From the NCBI GenBank assembly GCA_051294905.1, contig CM119377.1:4898001-4962000 (forward strand): DNA of 64,000 nucleotides, read 5' to 3'. This document shows positions 1-12,448 of the stretch, piece after piece. The DNA is from Botryllus schlosseri (taxonomy: Eukaryota). The position numbers and the translations under genes are program-made. How positions within the stretch are numbered: the first letter of the stretch is position 1; the number at the start of each line of letters is the position of its first letter. The notes under the pieces are model-generated. The model was given only the letters and a program-made list of their open reading frames with translations. It did not search any database and had not been told where the DNA came from.

Positions 1-360
1 CCTCAGGCTACACAGTGTTTACCACTACTTATCATCTGAATTGGGGGCCGTTTACTGAGTCAGCCTTTCTCGCCTAAACACGCCAAGCGCGAAAATTTTC
101 GATAATTCATGATAAAATCGGTCAATAAGATCGGGGATTGCATATATATTGCTATCAATTTCTTGTTCTCAATGCTCACGTAAGAACAAACTAAATTAAG
201 AAATCTAGAGTCGACAGCAAGATCTGTATTTGTTAGTAAAATCGCACGCGCGTTAAAACAATCGATACATTTCGATCTATTGGGTGAATTTTGAGACATG
301 GAATCGAAAATATTTATTACACGCAAGAAAAAACTAAATTAAGAAATCTAGAGTCTGTAG

Positions 361-1888
361 CAGAGGTCGGGAACCTATGGCTCTTTTGGGCATAATATAT
401 GGCTCTTTTCAAAAATTGTGGTTTTGTGCTCAATTTCTCGAAACTGCAGCAACTTTTCACTGAAACTTCAGCACTACCAGCATAATTATTATTGTGGTAG
501 TATACACAAAAAACATGTCTTTGAGAGGTTTATACAGCTGCGTATTCAGGGTTTGGGGCTCGGACCCCCTATTCAAAATCCTCAAATTTAAGTTGCTGTA
601 TCGCCGACGACCAATATCGCTCCGGAATTCGATATACCCGCTACGAAATCTTGGATTGCACGATACGTTGATTGATCAAAGAGCTATAGGAGACATGCTG
701 GAGGCGCCTGTATCACAATGCAGTTTTCAGATACACATTTTCTTTCTGATCTACGGCGAGAAATGAACTGTGAGTGGAAGTGACATTCACGATTACAAAT
801 TCTAATTACAAACAGCGCCATAGCTACCCACGTTATTGATTGATAACGTAGCTTTGTAGTCGCTGTTAAAATATAGGCGTATTGCGCAACGTTATGTTAC
901 CGCCGAATACTTTGAGAATTGAGAAGTATAATCGGAATCAGTGCGACAATTGCATACGATTATCATCAGTTATTATTAATTCTAAGGTAGTGTAATGGTT
1001 ATGCGTCCGGCTTCTCGAGCGGTAGGTCGTGGGTTCAATCCCCGGCCGGGTCATACCAAAGACTCGAAAATTGGTATCCGCAGCTATCCTGCTAGGCGCT
1101 CAGCAATCACGGATAGCATGGAGGAGAAAAAAAAAAACGGGGGCGCAGACTAGATGACCTCATGGGGCCGTATCGCAACTCCGTCGTCAAAGCATCTCGA
1201 TGGTGAAGGCGAAAAAGAATATCATATCTCTCTCTCTCTCTCTCTCTCTCTCTAAGATATGTACGCTGAATTGCGCTATGACATGTGAGGCATGATCCTG
1301 CCGTGCTTTAAACATGCCTTACCTCTCTTTTCGCGCTCTATTTTCGAACAATTTGGTACTAAAAATGTTCAAAACATAGTAGACAGGTGAGGCGCTGCCT
1401 TCATTGCCTCCCTAACCCCGCGTCGCTGAAATATCACACATTGCAGTGGGTAGGCTAGGGTAGCAATTATCAACCGGACTACAAAGCCATCAGGATTACC
1501 ATGAAATACAAAAAGATGCATTAACTGTAAAAAACGTGTAAAAAGTATATTCATACTTTTACCGATGTCTTCGTCTGTTGGAAATCTAAATGTTAATGGT
1601 TTTGAGCGTCGAAAGTTATCACAGGCCACTTGCAAAAGATCTATGTAACTCAAGTTTCGCATGCTCATTACACAAATAAGACGATGAGCATGATTATTAC
1701 GAGTTTTTACAGAGAAGATACGTGCAAACGATGAATCCCATGCAGTGATTTCGAATTTTCGCTACAATGACGTCACGATATTCCAATTGTGACGTAATCG
1801 TTGATTGACATGTATGGCTCTTTGGGAGTTAAGATGGAAAATATAGGGTCAATATGGCTCTTCGGACGAAAAAGGTTCCCAACCACTG
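361..1888. mobile_element. Non-autonomous hAT (Charlie-like) element with nested SINE
   Basis: TIRs CAGAGGTCGGGAACCT (361) / AGGTTCCCAACCACTG (ends 1888); subterminal ATGGCTCTT motifs at both ends; 8-bp TSD gtctgtag (353-360) / gtctatag (1889-1896), 7/8 match. Confidence 0.85.
987..1250 (+). mobile_element. tRNA-derived SINE, subfamily 1 with (CT)n tail
   Basis: A-box TAGTGTAATGG, B-box GGTTCAATCCC, core CCAAAGACT..AAAATTGGTAT, (CT)n tail; flanking direct repeat tctaag (981-986 / 1251-1256); near-identical inverted copy at 5461-5715. Confidence 0.9.
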
Positions 1889-2599
1889 GTCTATAGTATA
1901 GTCGTGACTTATGAACTCACATGATCAAATGATCCCAAAATGTTACCTTCGGTCCAGCTTTTTCGTTTTCGCGACAGTGAATAATTTGCTTTCGTACAGT
2001 TCTTCTTGAAAATTCTGCACTCCGTGTCCGGGTATTGGCCTTCTTGAAATTTGTTGTCGATGTCACAGACTTGTTGCTATGATGGTAACTTGAAGTGAAG
2101 ACGCAACATTGTCGCAGACGGATATAGAGCAAATGAGCATGTTTTACATTTGCTTACTTGAGGGATTATTTTCATTTTAATAACAAAAAACATTTACTTT
2201 TGACAGGCTTGTGATTGATAGTACTAGCTCAGCATTGCATAGAGGGCATTAAGTTTCACATGGCCGCTCCAGTTTTATCCAACTGCAAATAAAGGGAATC
2301 TGGTTGATCAATAGCCAGGCCGTGATATTTTTGGCATTTTTCAGATTTTATTTTTGGCAGTTTAGACATTGCCAGTAATTCGTGTCTCTATACTCGAATT
2401 AGCGATGTAAATCACTGTATAGTTTAATCTATCATATCAAAAGAAAGCCACAAAACATGTAGTAGGATACCACTCATTGTCATCAAACAGCGAGCGTAAA
2501 ACCCGAATTGACAACGGTGTTGGAGAGTCAATTCATCAAATACAAAACCGATCGACTGCTTCCTGCACTATCTAATCCGAATAGTCCATTCTATATGCG

Positions 2600-2702
2600 T
2601 GCATAACGCATAATAACCTGCATAACATAATAACCTGCATTAACATTGATCACAACCTGCATAACCTGCATAACATAATAACCTGCATTAACATTGATCA
2701 CA
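2600..2702. repeat. Short tandem duplication built from ATAACCTGC units
   Basis: ataacctgcataacataataacctgcattaacattgatcacaa occurs twice in succession. Confidence 0.75.
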
Positions 2703-3073
2703 ATCCCACTTATGATAACAATTCAAAATCGTTGCCGACACGTTCGAATCACAGCCCTTCACTCGCTAACCCAATGGTTAGAAATCACAAGTCGGCTTCA
2801 ATATTTAATATAATATGAAAAATATCGAAATGGAAAACAGAAAAACAGTAAAGGACTGAATGTTTGCAAGCCTGTGTATGGTACGCATTGATGGGGGTTA
2901 CTTCTTGGCGAATGATGCGTTTTGCACTGTGTTGTGTAAGTGTGTATGTTCATCGTTCAATTGTTCATTGATGAAACTATATCCCTATTGTCCAACGGGA
3001 CATATGGTCTGTCTGTGATTGCACCATATGCTGACATTTTCATTAACAAGTTGAAAGTAAATGGAATACCTAC

Positions 3074-5343
3074 TAGGGTGGAGTGAAAATGACTTTTTTT
3101 TTCAAATCCAAAAAAGGGCTTCCTCAATCCTGACAAATGACCTAAAACTTCAATAAAAAGTGACTTCAGGGTATTACCCCCATTTTCCAGCCGGCAACCC
3201 CCCCAATTTCTGCGCGTGGGGCGTAAAATGGCCCATCTCGGCAACCGCTGGTCGTAGAGTCATGATATATAGCTCAAAATCTGCGGAAGCATCATGTTTC
3301 TATCTGTCTTAAGAAGAAAGTTTTCCCTATTGTGAACACAAAATGAGTTATAGCCAAAAAACAATATATACGCTCATTTTTGTTGAAATTCAGCATTTAT
3401 TCTGACGAATTGTGATCTGTCATCAGTTTTTTTTTTGTATCTAAAAGTAACACACTGACAATACCGAATATTGGGCCCATAATACAAATATATTCACAAC
3501 ACAGTCCTTTTAAAATCGGTTCAAAACATCATAATGAAACACTCACATTTAACGACTTTTTTTTTTTAATCAGTTTACGAGACTTAATTTTTTGGCAATT
3601 GAGAGGCCATCTCGTCTTTCAAATCCAGAAACTTGTGCTGATGCTTCTGTTACGAGCTTTACATGTCGTCCCACTGTTTGATTGTGGCATGAATGAAACA
3701 AAATCAGAGGCTTCTCGCGGCATTCTTCCTACTCTGCATCAGTTAAGTGCTCAATCGCTGGAGGAAGTTGTCGATAAGGTTCAATATCAACCAACTCGTG
3801 GTATGCCTTTGCTTCCAAGCTCAACTTTGTGACACAGAATAAACGAATAGGACCCCAGTTCAATTTGTTGGAACTGCTATGACTTTCAATGTCCACGAGT
3901 GAATTTATTCAGCGGCAAGTTTTCGAAACGCAAGCACCTTGGTCACACCCTTATTTCGTATGTCTTCATTATCATTTACCAGCATTGCAATCATAATATT
4001 TTCGGGGTGTGCGAAATAACCGTTTCTTATCACCACATTCAAAGCAATTTTCCGAACGTTTCGGTCGGAAAAATTCAAAACCCGTTGAATCAAGTTGAAG
4101 AAGTTTTTAGATCGATGTGTTATATGTCTGTTTCGCTTGATCTCAAACCAAGTCGGAAAATATACTTCAAGGCAAAAACGAACCAGAATCTCCAGGTTCA
4201 AAGGCGGTTGATCAACTGTCACATAATACCGTAAAACTCTGCACTGCATCCTAAAGTTAGCCATCTTGAATGCACATTGCACAACTGGTCCAACCTCCAA
4301 ATAAGCCACATCATCATCAGCATTTCCCTGAATAATTGCCCAGCACATTTATAAGCATATAACTGGTCCTTACTCAAGTCATTCACAATTTCCGATGGGA
4401 GCTTTGGAAAGGCCATAAGTGGTGGCGAGAGCTTTTTGAATTGAGTAACTGGCCAACAAGATACACTTCCACGTAGTTTTTTTCAATTGGGTGTGACCAA
4501 GGTGCTGGCGATTCGAAAACATGCCGCTGAACAATATTCACCTATGGACATTGATAGTCATAGCAAACCAATTGAACTGCGGTCCTATTCGTTCATTCTG
4601 TGTCCCAAAGTTGAGCTTGGAAGCAAAGGCATAGCACGAGTTGGTTGATATTGAACCTTATCAACAACTTCCTCCAGCGATTGAGCACTTAACTGATGCA
4701 GAGTTGGAAGAATGCCGCAAGAAGCCTCTGATTTTGTTTCATCCATGCCACAATCAAACAGTGGAACGACATGTAAAGCTCGTAACAGAAGCATCAGCAC
4801 AAGTCTCGTAAACTGATGAAAAAACTTGACACAAGAATGCATTTTCAATAAGTAGTTAAATGTGAGTGTTTCATTATGATGTTTTGAACCGATTTTAAAA
4901 GGACTGTGTTGTGAATATATTTGTATTATGGGCCCAATATTCGGTATTGTCAGTGTGTTACTTTGCTTCTGAAAAAAACTGATGACGGATCACAATTCGT
5001 CAGAATAAATGCTGAATTTCAACAAAAATGTGAGTATATATTGTTTTTTTTTTTTATCTATAACTCCTTTTGTGTTCACAATAGAGAAAACTTTCTTCTT
5101 AAGACAGATAGAAACATGATGCTTCCGCAGATTTTAAGCTATATATCATGACTCTACGACCAGCGGCTGCCGAGATGGGCCATTTTACCCCCCCCCCCCC
5201 CCACGCGCAGAAATTGGGGGGTTGCCGGCTGGAAAATGGGGGAAATACCCAGAAGTCACTTTTTATTGAAGTTTTAGATCATTTGTCAGGATTGAGGAAG
5301 CCCTTTTTTCGATTTGAAAAAAAAGTCATTTTCACTCCACCTA
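3074..5343. mobile_element. hATm-like foldback element: two transposase 3' ends as ~870-bp inverted arms
   Basis: Termini TAGGGTGGAGTGAAAATGAC (3074) / GTCATTTTCACTCCACCTA (ends 5343). Arms 3074-3950 and 4489-5343 are inverted homologues, and both encode the C-terminal (S/P)CHNQTV(G/E)RHVKLVTEAS motif pointing outward. No matching TSD found. Confidence 0.8.
3640..4416 (-). pseudogene. Frameshifted, 5'-truncated hATm-type transposase fragment
   Basis: Minus-strand pieces DLSKDQLYAY, VGP..HSRWLTLG, RVLRYYV, RNGYFAHPENIMIAMLVND, CHNQTVGRHVKLVTEAS split over several frames. The superfamily label rests on recalled motifs and the TAGGGTG termini. Confidence 0.7.
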
Positions 5344-5460
5344 CGCATTGGCGTAAATGCAGCATGGGTCGCGCGTGTCGGGTCGGCTATATGAGGTAAC
5401 AAAATGCACGAGCGGTGACAACAGGAAAATGCCTATAGTCATTGAGCTACATCCCTCCCA

Positions 5461-5715
5461 AGAGAGAGAGAGAGAGATATGATATTCTTTTTCGCCTGCA
5501 CCATCGAGATGCTTTGACGACGGAGTTGCGACACGGCCCCATGAGGTCATCTAGTCTGCGCCCCCGTTTTTTTTCTCCTCCATGCTATCCGTGATTGCTG
5601 AGCGCCTAGCAGGATAGCTGCGGATACCATTTTTCGAGTCTTTGGTATGACCCGGCCGGGAATCGAACCCTCGACCTACCGCTCGAGAAGCCGGACGCAT
5701 AACCATTACACTATC
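5461..5715 (-). mobile_element. tRNA-derived SINE, subfamily 1
   Basis: Reverse-complement near-identical copy of 987-1250 including A/B boxes and (CT)n tail. Confidence 0.9.
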
Positions 5716-6766
5716 TCGCTCGATTGCTGGATATCATTTACTACCCGGGTTGATCAATCCGCAGTAGATCGTAAATTCAGATTTCAGTATAGTCAACCTT
5801 TTGGCCTCGACCCTAAGATTTTCATTCGCACTACATGGATCCCTAGGACGGTAGACCGGTTCACGCACCTCAATTTAGGAATTTAGTGTTACACACTTGT
5901 TTTGTTGCTTCATACAGACTCATTTCAATCCTTGTTGACATTTCTATCTAAAACTTTCATAAAAATCTATATTTTCAAAAAGCCTTATTTTTTGCAATTC
6001 AAAGTATATATTTTTGACTGTTTTGGCATTTGGCTCCCGAAATGCCAAAATAACACGGCCTGTCAATTAATCCAGCATTCCGTAATTGGCGTATAATGAC
6101 AAGCAGATCCTAGCAGGGGCCACCTCATTTAAACGCGCGCATATAACAAAACCGAGACCAATTCATTTGATACATTCAAGTGTACCGCTATATTTTGGAA
6201 GACAGGCTTATATGGACAATGTTGCTTCCGTGTAATGCAAACAGATTGTCTACATACCGAGAATGCAGGTGCGGCTGTAGGTAGATCTCTATTCACTGCA
6301 GATATACGGCAAACCGCAGCCGAGCAGGCCACCGAGGGCCTCGCAATGAGCAAGACCAGCTGTTGCCTTGATTAATCTGAATAAAGAAGTTGCATCTATA
6401 TTATTTAGCCTTCGGCAAATATCGAAATAGATTATTGCTTATATGATATCACGCGAAACTCTACCACTATTGTATGGCTGGCGCTACCAGACGACTTTAC
6501 TGTCCGAGAGTGGCAAGTCAAGAAGAATGAATGCCAACTGCAGAATGGCTGACTTAATCGACTTGGGCAATGCGCATTTCTTCCATTCCTACATTCGTAT
6601 ACGCTAGACAAGACACGTTTAAACATGTTGTCGGTGATTTCCCTTCCTACAGGTAACACGTGCTAGGAGTTGTTTCTGTAGCTAATCGCAGCGAACCGTG
6701 GTTTGTTAGGCTCCTCTGGATTTTGAGAACGTCAGCGATATTATCGGCCTCAACTCTCGCGACTTG

Positions 6767-8951
6767 ATGGATTTTACTGTTACATCATGCATCGGCCTTC
6801 CTGCAGCCGCAGCTTTACTCTGGGGAAGCTACTATTTGATGTAAGTTTACTCCTGTTTTATCTGTAGCGTTGCCTATTCAAGCGATTTCCTGCTTGATCA
6901 TTGGAAAAATGCGATTATTGAACGCACTCGGTTATGTTTGTGTTGTTCCTGTACGTACAAACTGTAGATACTTTATCAATACTGGATTGCTCTGTTATTT
7001 TGCTGTATGAATTCTTTCCTTACATTATCGAATATAGCCTAACGAACGACATTCGATACTCACATGTTATTGTGATGCATTCGCTACGTAGTGGATCACA
7101 TTGTATTTTAACAATTATGACGTTGACTGTTGTTTACATTCAGCAATGCTAGCAATTACGCGACTTAACAGGGCTACGACCCTCACTTATCGAATGTCTT
7201 GCGGGCTTGAATAAATTGCATATGATGTAAAAATAGGGAGAGCTGGCTGACTTGGTCTTGGTGAATCTTTATTATTTGTATGTCCATATTGTCCATGTTT
7301 AGAAAATCTGGCTGCTTTCATATCGTGAACATGGATCGGGCGACCGGATTTCTACGAACTTCAAATCGCTTACAAAGTGTACAAAGGCGACTACATGAAG
7401 AGTGGCAAACCATTTACTCACATCACTAAACTTTTGCCAAATCTTCCTTGCATCAGCGCTTACTACGATGATCCCGAAACGGTGAGGAACCACATTTCCA
7501 CGATAGCCGGCGGAATTACCTTGTATGAAGACACGGCGTAGGCGGACGGTCATAACCGAAGCATCCGATATTTGTTAAAACTATAAATTACAAATAAACT
7601 ATGTTAGTAATTCTGATAGTGGTACGAATAATGTAAGGTTCTATCGCTGTTTCCGGGGATGAACGTATGTGCTCTGGGTCAATTGGACTTCATTATAAGT
7701 ATACAATTCAATAGCATACTCATATTGAAATATACCCGAATATTTCCGGTCCGGCTGACACTCGTCAGTGTTAATCGTTCGCAACTATTAAAGGATTGAA
7801 AATAACATTGTATATCAACAATCGTACATTGAGAGTCTCCTGTTCGCCTGGATTGTACGAATTCCTGTGGCTATTTTGTGATACCAGTTACCACTGATGC
7901 GATTGCTGTTATTCAATTTTTTTTTCTAAAACATGAGTATCATGTATTCTCTCCAGTAGGCATTGCATTGTTCAATGTTCATATCGAACCCTCCACAGGT
8001 CCCGGCGGAAGACTGTCGGTATATTTGTGGCGTCGTCCTTTCCGAGGGCCTTGAAGACTTTTCCGAACTGGACACCATACATCGCGCTCGTGATTACGGC
8101 TTCAGGTGAGACGGACTTCTTACTGAATCATTAAAAATTTATATACCGTAGGTCTGCAAAGTTTATTAGAAATAGCGGCTGTTATTCATTGTATATCCCA
8201 ACCCGACAATGCCTTCTCGTTCTCCCAAACAGCTCGATTGGGTGGTGATATGTAGAAGGTCTCCGTCTTTTCGATCCAAAACGCGTTCGGGCCTCAATCT
8301 TGTACACTTATGTATCTTATATTCCCGTTGCAGGATTCATGACTTTCCCCGCGCTGAACGAGTGATGAAGACTTGCTTTCCGTTTACGACCTCTATCTCT
8401 CCAACAATTGGCGCCATGAAAGTGTACCCAAAACTCGCCAAGTACTCAAAGGTAACTCAGTATCAGTATCAGTTTATTTATATTTTTCATCAGAGCAATG
8501 CACCACAAGATTGCGATACAATGAAAGATGGGAAGGCGTCGTATTAACTTAACGTTTTGCTTTAGTGCAGAGGCGGGCAGAGTAGTCAGCGTTGCTACTC
8601 AAGTAGAAGTAGGAGTAACGACGAAAATTGCTTATCAATTACAAGTATAGAAGCAGAAATTTACAAGACATGAAAGTCGAAAATGAAAGTGAATATTACC
8701 CACGTACGAACTGATAGACGAGCATCGCTTGCCTGTAGCTTAACACGTCTTTCGCATTGGCTAGTCAGTCAAATTCATGAATTGCTTTGTAGAACTTGGT
8801 GCGGAGTCTATCCACTGTGTATTTTTTTTTTCTTTAGGAAAAGAAAATCAATGCGAATCCATATCTAGAGATATGCAAAGACGACACCATTCATTACATG
8901 TGCATACTGGGCGAAAATAAGGATTTCATTGTTGAAGAATGCAGGGATTGA
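6767..8951 (+). CDS. TEX264: TEX264-like protein (N-terminal TM + GyrI-like domain), 5 exons, apparent +1 frameshift in exon 2
   Basis: Exons 6767-6840, 7303-7481, 7999-8105, 8334-8451, 8838-8951, all GT-AG. Translation MDFTVTSCIGLPAAAALLWGSYYLIKSGCF / IAYKVYKGDY..ISAYYDDPET / VPAEDCRYICGVVLSEG..YGFR / IHDFPRAERVMKTCFPFTT..VYPKL / EKKINANPYLEICKDDTIHYMCILGENKDFIVEE matches the recalled TEX264 motif order. Exon 1 + exon 2 = 253 nt, one base out of frame. Confidence 0.85.
7700..7830 (-). mobile_element. Penelope-like terminal repeat copy with degenerate hammerhead
   Basis: Core at 7734-7768 reads CTGACGA gtgtcagcc-ggacc-GGAA atat TC gggt on the minus strand (insertion plus broken GAAA). Confidence 0.65.
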
Positions 8952-9844
8952 GGAAATAGATGATGGTTCCTCCTAACACACTGCTGTCATTCCTTGACTC
9001 AGTCACAAGTTGATTTCAATGGATCTCCATACTCATTTCATGTTGCTTATTGTTATTTCTTTAGTCGCGTTTGTATATAAGCTTACCGGTAATGTTCCCA
9101 ATATTTTTGTAATCGATAACCGTTGTCTGATTTCTTGAGATGTTGACCTTATTTTGGGCGTTGAAGCAAACATTTGTCGCCAAAACATTAATTTCATAAA
9201 GATAGGCGTCCATGATGCAATCGTATCCAAGCTGCGGGCGTTTCGGAGTGACGTGATGACAGGCTTGCTGCAACAGCTAAAATTGATGATTTTCACGGAA
9301 AATTTTGCCATTTAGATTCATCAACGCGACGGATAGTATAATCAGGGCAGTAATGACTCGAGTCATGACTCGACTCGAGTCACGATTTTTTTGTGACTCG
9401 ACTTGACTCGAGTCATTTTCTTGAAATGGGAAAATGACTCGACTCGAGTCAATATTTGGATTGACTCGACTTGTACTCGAGTCATTACGCATGACTCGAC
9501 CCAAGTCATTGACTCGGCTGATTTGATATGACTTGAAGATGAAGAAATTCGCGAATCGTAATGGTTGGATCAACGCATCTGACGAATTCTGCCGACATCG
9601 CTATTTGTCACCACTGCTTTCGTTGCACTTGTCTGATATCAGATATGCCACCGTAAAAGCAACAGACAATGTTAGATAGCAGCAATGCATTGTACAAAAT
9701 CATCCAGTAATGAAGAGGTAATGGATCCTCCGCAATCAAAGTAGCCTACTCCAGACTTTTCAAATAAACAAGCAAACAATCGAAGCAAAGTTCAATTAGA
9801 GCCAATGAAATGAATCGGATGGTCAAGTATACTTAGATGAGACT

Positions 9845-10081
9845 GATAAGTTCATGTGTAGATTTGAAGGCTATGATTCTTTGCATTTTTGGGCGACTTG
9901 AAAGAATGAGTATCCAATGCTCTTCAGTGTGGTTCAAAAATGCTTGTCCATTACTGCATCTAGTGCACCAGTGGAGCGTGTATTCAGTAGATTTGGATTT
10001 ATTCTAAGGCCATGCCGCTTTAACATATCTGAGGATCTCCTTTCCACATTACTATTTTTGAAGTGTAACTCATTGATTTGA
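9845..10081 (+). pseudogene. hAT transposase C-terminal dimerisation-domain remnant
   Basis: SLHFWAT*KNEYPMLFSVVQKCLSITASSAPVERVFSRFGFILRPCRFNISEDLLSTLLFLKCN, the W..YP.L...LS..ASSA.VERVFS signature with one in-frame stop. Confidence 0.85.
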
Positions 10082-10194
10082 TCTGCTGTCTATGAAAACA
10101 CACAATACCCGCCGTCCATTTGACGTTTTGTTAGGTATATGCATTGTGCAATTGAGTAATAATAAATGCCTAATGTTGTGTGATGTTTGTACAA

Positions 10195-10630
10195 TAGGGC
10201 TGTTCAAAAATAACTTCTTTTTTATTCTACTGGTTGGCTGCTTGATAAAATTGTTATGTTGCATATAAAAAACACTGAATCTGGCTTAATTTTAAAAAGT
10301 AGAATCAATGATTTGAGAGGAGAAAATTTTGGATTTGAAAATAAATGGAGTATTTTAGTTAGAAATTGTTTCATGTAATATAATTACACACCAGTAGTAA
10401 GCCGATTTTTTTTAAATATCCAAAATATTCCACTCTACTAACTTCGCTTCTTCTAGTTGGAATTGCGCCAAATTTGCTATGAATCATATTTTTACACAAT
10501 CTAATAATGTCATGAGGTAGCCAGTAAAATTCGAAAGTCTCTATTTGTAATTAATCCAAAATTACTCTCATAGCATTGCTTTCTACTGGTTGGAATTGAG
10601 TCAAATTTAAGCTCTTTTATGCAATCTAAC
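10195..10630 (+). mobile_element. Partial hATm-type MITE nested in the hAT element
   Basis: Starts TAGGGCTGTTCAAAAATAACTT; same family as the complete copy at 34639-35158. Confidence 0.55.
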
Positions 10631-12448
10631 AATTATAAGAAGTAGCCTCCTTTTGAGATTGTTTCCTTTTTTTGAGAACTATTGGTAAATGTAGGGTAAA
10701 TTCGACTAAAATACAGTAAATCAACACTGAAGTAACGCTCCGGCGGCTATTTCGGGAGCTGAGCAGGAAAGTTGACCTTTTTTTAGTCAACCACCTGATA
10801 ATGTGAAAGAAAAACTGTACCTCTTCAAAAACATGCATCTGTTAATTCTCTATCAACTGGTATCTAGACGTGAATTCGTTGGTTCTCTATCAGACAGTAT
10901 ATAGACGTGAATTCGTTGGTTCTCTATAAGCTATTTGTGAGCTGTCGTCGATGCGCTCGTAATAAAAACTGAATGCTTGTATTTGTGCTGCATCAGACTG
11001 ACAAGACAGATAATTGATTTAAATTTCTGAGATTAGTAAAGTTATCATATTGGCGACCTGGTTTGTCTATCTCTAGCATCGGTAAATGAGGCCAGGAACT
11101 GTCCGTTATATGCCTAACGAAACATGCGCCAAGACTCGGATACGGACAAAATAAGCATGTTTGGCAAGCAAGGAATTCGATATCACCCAAGCAGGATTGA
11201 AAGCATAAGTTGAACATGTCTTCAATACTGTGACTTGGACTCGGACTCGAGTCATAACACTATGACTCGGACTTGACCCTTCAAACGATGACTTGGACTC
11301 GGACTCGACTCGGTGATGAATTAAAATGACTCGACTTGACTCGAGTCAAAACCACAAAAGCAAGATTGACTCGTGACTCGGAACCATGTGACTTGTTTAC
11401 AACCCTGAGTATAATGACTATATGGTGTGATCACATGAAAAGGACCAGTCCTGAGAGCGCAGTCAATAAATACACTTACATGCGTTATTGGCCAAAGCTC
11501 GTGGTCAGTGCGATTAACATTCTGCGTGACACCGACAAGTCGACAGCTGGCTGTTAGGTGCCGGTAGGGTTACTCCCGACAGCATATTATAGGCAGCCTA
11601 GTTATTTGGAGTAGGCTACCTAAATGTCCTAAATGCATCTTATCGGCTTGCCCCCAGAGGTGGTTTGGTGACGTGTAGATTTCCAATCTCTTCACGAAAG
11701 CTTTTTTCTATGCTATCGTCTTTTACTTTTCATTCAGTGTGCTACTGTGCATGCCTCCTCTTTACATCGCCTAGGCCGAGATGGGTGTCTAATTCCAAAG
11801 ACTACTCGAAGTCGTTTGGAAACCTTCATATCCTTTCATTGTATCGCATCGCATTTTTCGTGGTGTATTGAACTGATAAAAATTGCTAATAAACCAACAT
11901 GAAGTATCTGTAAGTATAATTTTTGTGGCAGGTCACCATACTCATTGTCCTACAATCACATTTTCTGACATGGGCGCTGGGGGAGAACGGTTAAGAATTA
12001 CTGTCCTACAACAGCAACTATCATTTGCATCACATGATGCGGTCTTAAGTTGCTGAAAATTTACATCTCCTGTGAGCTGCACGAAGCCAGCACCGTCAGC
12101 ATCATCATCATCATTGGTTTCCTGGTTTTGACGGTCGATGAGATTGTATTTAGGACCATTTCCGACAAATATTTACTTACTTGAGTAATATTCAAAGTCA
12201 GCAAATTCTAATTATGCTTGAAGTAGTTTTGATCTGTTACAAGAAAACTTTTACCAGCTGTTGGGTAGAATTCCGGATTACATCTTGACTGACGGTACTT
12301 TACAGTCCACTTTGACCAGCTCTTGCCTATTGACAGCATGGTAGTGCAGCTATCTCGCTGTGATCACTCGCCCATGATATTTTCGCTATGTCTTGAATAA
12401 GTAACTACTTCTTGTTGTGATTACTCGAGAGTCGAGACTCGTATATAA

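Larger units (their letters stand above)
9343..11407 (+). mobile_element. Internally deleted hAT transposon with GACTCGAGTC subterminal arrays
   Basis: CAGGG...CCCTG termini, perfect 8-bp TSD agtataat (9335-9342 / 11408-11415), dense GACTCGAGTC/GACTTG motifs at both ends, transposase remnant inside. Confidence 0.9.

Noticed and set aside
987-1056. tRNA gene call for the SINE heads (also 5645-5715, 26372-26440, 25745-25815)
   Set aside because: They have A/B boxes but no acceptor-stem closure, and continue into shared SINE bodies and tails.
2440-2800. Minus-strand frames interrupted only by TGA (selenoprotein or NUMT idea)
   Set aside because: No recognisable selenoprotein or mitochondrial homology, no SECIS seen, and the region is interrupted by a tandem repeat.
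9343-9520. Regularly spaced GACTCGAGTC repeats resembling a CRISPR array (also 11230-11400, 33540-33890, 39590-39980)
   Set aside because: Repeats are ~10 bp with irregular spacing, lie inside hAT termini with 8-bp TSDs in a eukaryotic genome, and no cas genes are present.
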